From Candidatus Altiarchaeota archaeon (lineage in GTDB: Archaea > SpSt-1190): a stretch of DNA of 47,338 nt. This document shows positions 1 to 6,753 of the stretch, piece by piece (the first letter of the stretch is position 1; each line of letters begins with the position of its first letter). The translations under genes and the position numbers were made by a program. The notes below the pieces were generated by a model. The model made no database searches, had not been told where the DNA came from, and was given only the letters and a program-made list of their open reading frames with translations. The stretch is from assembly GCA_018220955.1 (NCBI GenBank), contig JAAOXV010000007.1:1-47338 (forward strand), given 5' to 3'.

Positions 1-435
1 CTTCACAATAAGAGCTATATTCTCTTTAAGTGAATCAAAGAAAACGAGCACATCTACATCATTCACAATCAAATTTTCGATTGACGGCACCTCATCAAAA
101 CTATCATCATGTGTTTGAACACAAGAAACTACTCTATCAACATAGTCTGTTGGCATCATCAAACCTGATAAGACATCTCTGGTTATTTTTACTCCTTTTT
201 TGATATGTTGTTCCTTGCTATTTTCGCTGTTTGATGAATAACCAATATCATGGAACTTGCCTGCCAGCTTGCAGACTAAAGGGTCAGCTCCAAGCTCTAT
301 TGCAGCTTGCTCTGCCAGCTCAGAAACCCGATTGCCGTGACTAACATAATACTGGGTCTTAAAAGCGTCATCTTCCATCCTATACTCGATTATGCTGTCT
401 GCGGTTCTGAATGCAAGTCTGATTTGTTCTTCCAT
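1..435 (-). CDS. HD-domain metal-dependent phosphohydrolase (C-terminus cut off by window edge)
   Basis: Not in the ORF track because it runs off the window. Hand translation of the minus strand from ATG 435..433 gives MEEQIRLAFRTADSIIEYRMEDDAFKTQYYVSHGNRVSELAEQAAIELGADPLVCKLAGKFHDIGYSSN...VQTHDDSFDE... and stays open to base 1. The H..HD..H..D spacing is typical of the HD superfamily. Confidence 0.6.
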   Translation of the reverse strand, partial: MEEQIRLAFRTADSIIEYRMEDDAFKTQYYVSHGNRVSELAEQAAIELGADPLVCKLAGKFHDIGYSSNSENSKEQHIKKGVKITRDVLSGLMMPTDYVDRVVSCVQTHDDSFDEVPSIENLIVNDVDVLVFFDSLKENIALIVK

Positions 436-489
436 TACAACTATTAAGTAAAATCAAATTAAATAGATTCGGATACTCAACCAAGACAG

Positions 490-497
490 TTAAAAAG
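490..497 (+). promoter_or_regulatory. TATA-like box upstream of tRNA-His
   Basis: TTAAAAAG is centred about 28 nt upstream of the tRNA 5' end, which matches archaeal TATA-to-TSS spacing. In AT-rich DNA a chance occurrence is possible. Confidence 0.3.
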
Positions 498-521
498 AGA
501 AAAGGGTCAGTACATCTAGAT

Positions 522-596
522 GGCCTGGATAGTGTAGTCTGGTTAGCATAGGGGACTGTGAATCCTCTGGCCCGGGTTCGAATCCCGGTCTAGGCC
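522..596 (+). tRNA. tRNA-His (anticodon GUG) with genomically encoded G-1
   Basis: Hand-folded cloverleaf. G-1 pairs with C73. Acceptor stem is GCCTGGA/TCTAGGC. Anticodon stem is GGGGA/TCCTC with loop CTGTGAA. T arm is CCGGG-TTCGAAT-CCCGG. Length 75 nt, followed by TTTT, no CCA. Confidence 0.9.
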
Positions 597-674
597 TTTT
601 CCAACGTGGTTTCCCGCGCTCGGGGTTTAGAAAGGGGCGGAGCCCCTTCTCCTGGACGAATCCCGGTCTAGGCC
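579..674. repeat. Exact 18-nt direct repeat: tRNA-His 3' end (579..596) copied at 657..674
   Basis: CGAATCCCGGTCTAGGCC occurs twice, 78 nt apart. The 60-nt interval carries two GC hairpins. Confidence 0.9.
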
Positions 675-761
675 TAGAAACTTTTAGAAAAAGTTTACCC
701 CCAAAGGGGTGTTTCATCAAAACTAAAAAACGCTTTTCTACTCAAGACTATCACTTATGAT

Positions 762-1925
762 GTGATTGGCTCAGAATACACGCTGCTGACACTGTTGTCT
801 ATTCTTACCGTCGGGCTCGTGATACCTGAACTATTTCAGAAAAATCGATTCCCGATTTCAATTTTCCTTATTCTGTTCGGCGCAATACTTGGGCCTAACG
901 GAATCGGGTTGGTCCAGCTTGATGGGACTATTGAGTTTTTCGGGTTTCTTGGCTCGATGTTTCTAATGCTTATGGCTGGAATGGAGGTCAAGTTCAAAAC
1001 ACTTCGGGTCTTTGGAAAAAGAATTTCATTGATGGCGGCTGCTAACGGGCTCATCCCATTCGCAGTCGGTTTTGTAATCACTCTTATGTTCGGCTATTCC
1101 CCTATGGTGGCCTTGCTTGTTGGAATAGTGTTTATATCATCATCTGTCGCGATTGTCGGCATCTCCATGGAATCGCTGGGACTCATGAAAAAACAAATAG
1201 GTAAGTCCATTATGGCAGCTACTGTTATACAAGACACGGCGAGCCTTATCCTACTTTCACTCTTACTACAAATAATATATCAGAAAACCCAGCTTCATCC
1301 ATTTACCTATCTGTTCGTGCTAATCATCTCAATAGCTGCAATAAAGCTCCTGTTGCCAAAGCTAGCTTCACGATTTTTGAACAAATCAAAACAAGAGTCT
1401 GGAATCTATGAGCGCGAGCTTATGTTTGTGATATCGGTTCTGCTCTTGGCGTCGCTCTATTTTTCAAGTATAGGTGTTCATTCAATCGTGGCCGCGTTCA
1501 TTATCGGGATTATATTATCTGATACCATAACCTCAAAAAGAATTCATGACAAATTACACACCATTGGTTATGGGCTCTTTATTCCAGTCTTCTTTTTCGT
1601 GGTCGGGATGGAGCTTGACATATCCTTGTTAGTATCGCTTGACTATCGTAATCTCTTTACTTTTGCCATAATAATCGGGCTTGTGTTATCAAAGGTTCTC
1701 AGTGGGTATATATCAGGCATATCTGTCAAATTCTCAAACCGCGAGTCATTGATTTTCGGTGTTTCATCAACTGTTCAGCTTACGACTACACTGGCAGTCA
1801 CTTATGCTGTCGCATCAGCCGGGCTGTTTGACAATGTTCTCACAACCTCTATATTGTTGTTATCTATATTCACCACAGCCTTATCCCCAATAGTGTTGAG
1901 CTGGTTATCAAAGGATATTTCTTGA
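762..1925 (+). CDS. Cation:proton antiporter (Na+/H+ exchanger family, CPA-type), no RCK/KTN domain
   Basis: 387-aa polytopic membrane ORF with a GTG start. Segments 'FPISIFLILFGAILGPNGIGLV' and 'SIVAAFIIGIILSD' resemble the Na+/H+ exchanger family pattern. Confidence 0.7.
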   Translation: MIGSEYTLLTLLSILTVGLVIPELFQKNRFPISIFLILFGAILGPNGIGLVQLDGTIEFFGFLGSMFLMLMAGMEVKFKTLRVFGKRISLMAAANGLIPFAVGFVITLMFGYSPMVALLVGIVFISSSVAIVGISMESLGLMKKQIGKSIMAATVIQDTASLILLSLLLQIIYQKTQLHPFTYLFVLIISIAAIKLLLPKLASRFLNKSKQESGIYERELMFVISVLLLASLYFSSIGVHSIVAAFIIGIILSDTITSKRIHDKLHTIGYGLFIPVFFFVVGMELDISLLVSLDYRNLFTFAIIIGLVLSKVLSGYISGISVKFSNRESLIFGVSSTVQLTTTLAVTYAVASAGLFDNVLTTSILLLSIFTTALSPIVLSWLSKDIS

Positions 1926-1969
1926 CATAAAACAATAAAGGATATTTAGCTGGCGCGAACCGGGCTCGT

Positions 1970-2521
1970 GTGAGCTATGACAAGCTGATTGATACAAAAA
2001 TTGACAAGGAAGTCAGACTTTTTCTGTCTGAGCTCAGAAAGCTCAAGCCAGCTAAAGCAGATCAAGCAGAAAAGAACTGGGAAGACTATAAGCCGCACAT
2101 AAAAAAATGCGAAAACAAACAAGAGATGGCGCTGATGTTGATGACCTTTTTCAAGCGAACACTCAAGTCAGCAAAGTCAGCTGAGCCAAAAAAGTTCAGT
2201 CAGTTTCGCTACAAGTCAGTCGGCCGGCTGATGAACAGTCTATTCGCACTCAGAATAAACAAGAACCAAGTTGGTGACTATGTTAAACACCTACACAGAA
2301 TCAAGGCAGAGGCAGGCGAAGAGCAATATGACAAAGAACAGTTTATGAAAGAGTATAATGCAGCTGAGAAAAAGAAGAGAATTAGTCTTGGTCAGATGCG
2401 GGAGCGGCTTAACCCAGCTGAACAACGAGCTGGTTTTGACTGGGAGAGGTTTGCGGCTCAAGGAGCGATTGTTTCTATAGGCTTGCTTGTGTTGGTCAAG
2501 CTGTTGAGATGGGTTTTTTGA
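1970..2521 (+). CDS. Hypothetical Lys-rich tail-anchored protein
   Basis: 183-aa ORF with a GTG start. It has a single C-terminal hydrophobic span 'GAIVSIGLLVLVKLLRWVF'. Its stop codon abuts tRNA-Val with 0-nt spacing. No recognisable family. Confidence 0.45.
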   Translation: MSYDKLIDTKIDKEVRLFLSELRKLKPAKADQAEKNWEDYKPHIKKCENKQEMALMLMTFFKRTLKSAKSAEPKKFSQFRYKSVGRLMNSLFALRINKNQVGDYVKHLHRIKAEAGEEQYDKEQFMKEYNAAEKKKRISLGQMRERLNPAEQRAGFDWERFAAQGAIVSIGLLVLVKLLRWVF

Positions 2522-2595
2522 TGGGGCCGAGGAGATTCGAACTCCTGACCTTCGCCGTGTGAGGGCGACGTCATAGCCAACTAGACCACGGCCCC
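2522..2595 (-). tRNA. tRNA-Val (anticodon CAC)
   Basis: The reverse complement is GGGGCCGTGGTCTAGTTGGCTATGACGTCGCCCTCACACGGCGAAGGTCAGGAGTTCGAATCTCCTCGGCCCCA. Acceptor stem is GGGGCCG/CGGCCCC. Anticodon stem is TCGCC/GGCGA with loop CTCACAC. T loop is TTCGAAT. Confidence 0.9.
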
Positions 2596-2618
2596 TATCA
2601 CAAGCTTTGTGACAATAG

Positions 2619-2626
2619 TTTTAAAG
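2619..2626 (-). promoter_or_regulatory. TATA-like box upstream of tRNA-Val
   Basis: CTTTAAAA on the minus strand is centred about 27 nt upstream of the tRNA 5' end. Confidence 0.3.
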
Positions 2627-2643
2627 CTTAACTTCCTCCAAGC

Positions 2644-3609
2644 TTGATGGAAGCAGTTGTGCAAGTCAAGAACCTGAAAAAAACGTACAAAGGAGGTATT
2701 ACTGCTATTGATGATGTGTCGTTCAATATCCAAAAGGGTGAGATATTCGGATTTCTTGGACCAAATGGTGCAGGCAAGACCACCACTATCAAGATTTTAA
2801 CCACCTTACTCAGGCCTACATCTGGCCAAGCAATAGTAGCAGGGTATGATATTTCAAAAAATTCGAACAAGGTCCGAGAAAATATAGGTATAGTATTTCA
2901 AGAGCCAGCTCTAGATGATAGACTAACTGGCAAGGAAAACCTGGATTTCCATGCACGACTCTATGGGATGAACAAAGCCGAGAGAAAACAAAGGATTAGT
3001 GAGGTACTTGAATTAGTCGGACTGACTCAAAGAGCAGACTCGCTTGTTAAAACATATAGCGGTGGGATGCAACGTCGACTCGAACTAGCTAGGGGCTTGA
3101 TGCACAAACCAACCGTGCTTTTTTTGGATGAGCCAACGCTTGGACTAGATGTTCAAACAAGACGGAAAATCTGGGATTATATACTTAGGGTGAAAGACAC
3201 AGAAAACATGACTATTCTGCTGACTACACACTATATGGAAGAGGCAGAGAAAGTCTGTGAGAGAATTGCGATTATTGATGCCGGAAAAATACTCAAAATA
3301 GGTACAACAGCCGAGCTGATTGGAACCTCGTGCGGGACAGTGCTGGAAGTGAAAACCGCTGACAAGATAAAAAATATCTCTGGCGTAAAACAAATCAAAA
3401 AAAACGGAGAGCGTGTTGACCTTGTTGTAAAAGACGAAAAACAAACCACCAAGATAGTCAAAGAGCTAATGAACAATTATGATATAATTGAGTTGAACAT
3501 CCGGAAAGCTTCATTGGAGGATGTGTTTGTTCAAATGACAGGCAAGAGCATAAGAGAAGAAAAACCGCAAAAAATGCGGGCAAGAATTCCAAGAGGGCAT
3601 GGACGATGA
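2644..3609 (+). CDS. ABC transporter ATP-binding protein (ABC-2/DrrA-like exporter subfamily)
   Basis: Walker A 'GPNGAGKTT', signature 'YSGGMQRR' and Walker B 'VLFLDEPTLGLD' are present. The ORF has TTG at 2644 and ATG at 2647; the ATG is more likely the start. Confidence 0.9.
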   Translation: MMEAVVQVKNLKKTYKGGITAIDDVSFNIQKGEIFGFLGPNGAGKTTTIKILTTLLRPTSGQAIVAGYDISKNSNKVRENIGIVFQEPALDDRLTGKENLDFHARLYGMNKAERKQRISEVLELVGLTQRADSLVKTYSGGMQRRLELARGLMHKPTVLFLDEPTLGLDVQTRRKIWDYILRVKDTENMTILLTTHYMEEAEKVCERIAIIDAGKILKIGTTAELIGTSCGTVLEVKTADKIKNISGVKQIKKNGERVDLVVKDEKQTTKIVKELMNNYDIIELNIRKASLEDVFVQMTGKSIREEKPQKMRARIPRGHGR

Positions 3610-4346
3610 ACAGGAATATCCAGTCAGTATATGTGATGTGGTGGAGAATCATGATACGTATGATTCGAGCAAAAGGCAGGCTGCTCGGCACAATGGTTCA
3701 ACCACTGTTTTTTATGGTCGCGTTCGGGCTCGGGCTTCGCGGGGTCGGTGGCAGCCAACTCAACTTCATTTTACCTGGTATCATCGCAATGAGTGCAATC
3801 ATGTCATCTGTTATGGCAGGTATTGGTGTTATCTGGGACCGAGAATTCGGGTTTCTCAAGGAAGTGTTGGTCGCACCGGTTTCAAGGGTGTCTGTCATAA
3901 TCGGACGAGCAGCAGGTGCAATCACAACCACAATAGTTCAATCAATCTGGCTCGGGTTTATTGCCATCATAATGGGTGCGGAAATCCAGTTAGCCGGGGT
4001 AATACCTGCTCTAATTTTTTTGATACTTACATCAACATTAGCAGTCGGAATCGGCCTAAGCTTTGGGAGTATTATAGATGATTTTGAGAATTTTCAGATT
4101 GTTCAAAATATCATAATAATGCCGATGACTTTTCTGTCAACAGCATTCATTAGTGTTGAATTCGCACCTAGCTGGTTGGCTTTGATAGTCAAGCTCAACC
4201 CATTCAGCTATGGTATTGATGGAATGAGACATTTTTTGACAGGTGCAGGCAGTTTCAATCCAGCTCTTGACTTGCTAGTCATCTCTGTCTGCGCAGCTCT
4301 TTCAATAATTGCAAGTGCCTGGTTCTTTGAAAGAATTGAGATTTGA
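3606..4346 (+). CDS. ABC-2 type transporter permease
   Basis: 246-aa protein of about 6 TM segments. Its start overlaps the ATPase stop in an ATGA, which suggests translational coupling. Size and hydrophobic layout are typical of ABC-2 permeases. Confidence 0.8.
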   Translation: MNRNIQSVYVMWWRIMIRMIRAKGRLLGTMVQPLFFMVAFGLGLRGVGGSQLNFILPGIIAMSAIMSSVMAGIGVIWDREFGFLKEVLVAPVSRVSVIIGRAAGAITTTIVQSIWLGFIAIIMGAEIQLAGVIPALIFLILTSTLAVGIGLSFGSIIDDFENFQIVQNIIIMPMTFLSTAFISVEFAPSWLALIVKLNPFSYGIDGMRHFLTGAGSFNPALDLLVISVCAALSIIASAWFFERIEI

Positions 4347-4390
4347 TGTCACTCGGTAATTATTTAATTCTGAAGTAGGATAAAATTTTA

Positions 4391-5761
4391 ATGAGTGTAA
4401 GTATAAAGCGATTAGACGGTCTTTTCACAGAGATACAGGAGATAAGATATGAAATAGCCGCAGGGCTCTGGGACACAGAAGAAAAAAGAAAAAGACTTGG
4501 GGAAAAACGTGATAGGATTTATGAAAAAAGCTGGGAGCTTGAGAAAACCTTGGTAAAAGACAAGTTACCTGGAAGAGATAAAAACTGGCTTGATAACTTG
4601 CTGATTAGCGGAGTGATTGAATTTCCATTGCAACCAGAAGGGGATGCGCTCAGACAGGAATTCAATGTGCCTGAATTCAAACAAATCATGATGGAAACTT
4701 ATTCTGATTCATTTGATAATCAGGATATTGCAAATCGGGTAGTTGAATTTGGCAAGGCCAAATCAGACCAAATTGAGAGCTATTTCAAAAACCTATGGGC
4801 TGCGTATGAACAAAAAGGAACTACGCTTCTAGATATGCTCTATTTGACTAGCTTACCTGAAACAAGATTTCTTGAATTCTTAGAGCTTGGAAAACAAAAG
4901 TCAAAAAAGCATTTTGATGAGCTAAGAACCAGTCTTGGCAGGAATCCGATTGTTTTTGATTCAAATAAGATTCTGGCCAAATATTACAAAATCCCTGTTG
5001 GTGATTTTCCAGATGTTACAAAGCTTTTGTTGGGCGGACTCAAAATTCCAGAAGAAAATATCATATATGACATTGAACCGCGATTAAACAAACAATCAGG
5101 CAGCTCGTGCTTTGCCATCAGGATTCCTGAAGATATTAGGCTCATACTCAACCTCTATGCCGCAGGTCCAGGTGCGCTCAGGACTATCCTACACGAAACA
5201 GGCCATGCAATAATGTATAGTCTTTTTGATAAAACTGATCCATTTGAACAAAGATGGCAGACTCCCTCTTATGTGAATGAAGGATGTGCAATCCTATTTG
5301 AGAGGTTGTTGGGAAATTCGGATTTTATTGAAAAAATAGGTTTGACAGAAAACCAAGAAGCTCTAAGAACATATGTTGACTTTTTGACCAACAAAACCAT
5401 TACTGATTATGCCTCTTATGCAACAGCTGAGCTTGAGATACATAAAGCTCAGCTAACCGGAGAAGCAGCAGACACAGCTTTTAAAAAAGCGATTCAAGAA
5501 TATCGTGGCTATAATCTTGATGGTGCCTTTTGGAGAGGACATCCACATATAGCCACAAGACCGCTCTATTCAATCAGCTATGTCGGAGGTAACCTAATAG
5601 CAGAGCAGATGGAAACGAACCTAACAAATAACTTTGGTCTAGATTGGTTTAGAAAACCAGAAATAAAACAATATTTGAAACAAAATTATCTTGAACCGGT
5701 CTTTGCTGAGCTTGATGAAATGGCGGGAGCGGGGGTCGAACCCGCGGCCTCTGGATTATGA
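4391..5761 (+). CDS. Putative HExxH zinc metallopeptidase (M3/oligoendopeptidase-F-like, short form)
   Basis: 'ILHETGHAIMYSLF' is followed by 'VNEGCAILFERL' about 30 aa downstream, giving HExxH plus a downstream Glu ligand as in the M3-type layout. At 456 aa it is shorter than classical PepF. The last ~40 nt overlap the antisense tRNA-CAU. Confidence 0.5.
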   Translation: MSVSIKRLDGLFTEIQEIRYEIAAGLWDTEEKRKRLGEKRDRIYEKSWELEKTLVKDKLPGRDKNWLDNLLISGVIEFPLQPEGDALRQEFNVPEFKQIMMETYSDSFDNQDIANRVVEFGKAKSDQIESYFKNLWAAYEQKGTTLLDMLYLTSLPETRFLEFLELGKQKSKKHFDELRTSLGRNPIVFDSNKILAKYYKIPVGDFPDVTKLLLGGLKIPEENIIYDIEPRLNKQSGSSCFAIRIPEDIRLILNLYAAGPGALRTILHETGHAIMYSLFDKTDPFEQRWQTPSYVNEGCAILFERLLGNSDFIEKIGLTENQEALRTYVDFLTNKTITDYASYATAELEIHKAQLTGEAADTAFKKAIQEYRGYNLDGAFWRGHPHIATRPLYSISYVGGNLIAEQMETNLTNNFGLDWFRKPEIKQYLKQNYLEPVFAELDEMAGAGVEPAASGL

Positions 5762-5794
5762 GTCCAGCGCTCTAACCGGCTGAGCTACCCTGCC
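5721..5794 (-). tRNA. tRNA with anticodon CAU (elongator Met or Ile2)
   Basis: The reverse complement is GGCAGGGTAGCTCAGCCGGTTAGAGCGCTGGACTCATAATCCAGAGGCCGCGGGTTCGACCCCCGCTCCCGCCA. The D arm is GCTC/GAGC. The anticodon stem is CTGGA/TCCAG with loop CTCATAA. G1:C72 argues against an initiator. The acceptor stem has an A4-C69 mismatch. Confidence 0.8.
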
Positions 5795-5815
5795 AGCTAT
5801 AAGATAAAAAAAACT

Positions 5816-5824
5816 GATTAAAAA
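5816..5824 (-). promoter_or_regulatory. TATA-like box TTTTTAATC upstream of tRNA-CAU
   Basis: Centred about 26 nt upstream of the tRNA 5' end. The same 9-mer occurs at the elp3/proS divergent promoter. Confidence 0.35.
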
Positions 5825-5826
5825 GC

Positions 5827-6303
5827 CTATCCATGATAGACATCGTTTGTCGAGCCCATTTCTGCAGTCTTCCATTTTTCTGCCAGGATGATAATAAAGC
5901 TCCGATAGACTGGCCTAATTTCCTTGATATATGTGTTAAACACGCTGTTGATTAGCTTGACTAGCTCGGCCTCCGGGTTTTTTGAGTCAGCTGCTTTATG
6001 CAGCTCAACCATATAGCTTCGCATCAAATAATGGACCTTGACAAACAAATCAGATACCTCTTGCTTTTTGTCTTTGAGAAACGCTTTGTCCTGCATAGAA
6101 TAAAAATTAGGCGGGGTGATAAAGACCTCTAGCTGTACTCCAAGGTCATGCAAATATCTGAACATCAGGCCAAGAACTGACTCAACATCTTTTACATCCT
6201 CTTCTTTCAAGCTGATAGGCATCTTTCTTAGCTCACTGAACACCGGAAGCTTTGGATACTTTTTCCTGAGCTTGTCATATGCGGTAATGACTTTTTCTTC
6301 CAA
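5827..6303 (-). CDS. Hypothetical protein (downstream of rpoH, same strand)
   Basis: 158-aa ORF lying 8 nt after the rpoH stop. No motif recognised. Confidence 0.5.
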   Translation of the reverse strand: MEEKVITAYDKLRKKYPKLPVFSELRKMPISLKEEDVKDVESVLGLMFRYLHDLGVQLEVFITPPNFYSMQDKAFLKDKKQEVSDLFVKVHYLMRSYMVELHKAADSKNPEAELVKLINSVFNTYIKEIRPVYRSFIIILAEKWKTAEMGSTNDVYHG

Positions 6304-6311
6304 TAAATCAC

Positions 6312-6722
6312 CTATTGATTCGCCCTTATCACAACTCGATAATACTTGGTCAATCCGGCAGTCTCACTTGTTCTGGTTATTTCAAGCACATCGCCAGGCC
6401 GTCCACCAACAAGCATAACCATGGGGTCACTCTCAGTAATTTTGGGCAGTTGCCATTTTGTGATCCCTCTTTGTTTGAGCAGTTTTTCTATTTCTTCATC
6501 TGTCAATTTTCTATGTTTAGGCGCCCACTTATGTTCTATCAAACTCTTCGCAATGCCTCTACTCTCCATAATATATTTTCGCAGCTCTGCTTCTGGCACA
6601 TTGTCAACCAAGAGCTTTATTAAATCAATTTTTTTTCCGCTTCGTTTTAGTTCATGCTCACCACAGAGCTGGACTATTCTCCTATAACTGAGCTTTGCAA
6701 GCATTCTTTCTAAATTGGTCAT
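6312..6722 (-). CDS. rpoH: DNA-directed RNA polymerase subunit H (Rpb5 C-domain) with N-terminal SAP/HeH-like extension
   Basis: The C-terminal ~75 aa 'HKWAPKHRKLTDEEIEKLLKQRGITKWQLPKITESDPMVMLVGGRPGDVLEITRTSETAGLTKYYRVVI' match the conserved RpoH/Rpb5 pattern. The N-terminal segment 'LAKLSYRRIVQLCGEHELKRSGKKIDLIKLLVDN' resembles a SAP motif. Confidence 0.8.
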   Translation of the reverse strand: MTNLERMLAKLSYRRIVQLCGEHELKRSGKKIDLIKLLVDNVPEAELRKYIMESRGIAKSLIEHKWAPKHRKLTDEEIEKLLKQRGITKWQLPKITESDPMVMLVGGRPGDVLEITRTSETAGLTKYYRVVIRANQ

Positions 6723-6753
6723 CTTGATTCGGTATTTTCGGTTTTTATAAAGG

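Noticed and set aside
579-656. Possibility that the duplicated tRNA-His 3' end reflects a non-canonical T-loop intron
   Set aside because: The first copy already completes a canonical 75-nt cloverleaf followed by TTTT. I could not draw a bulge-helix-bulge motif at the putative junctions. It remains testable and is mentioned under the corresponding finding.
490-720. 76-aa minus-strand ORF
   Set aside because: It lies antisense across tRNA-His, its duplicated 3' end and the GC hairpins. Its Pro/Gly/Arg-rich translation is what GC hairpins produce. It is spurious.
3599-4081. 160-aa alternative-frame ORF overlapping the ABC-2 permease
   Set aside because: It is a shadow ORF in a different frame of a well-supported membrane protein gene, with an Arg/His/Cys/Asn-rich nonsense-like composition.
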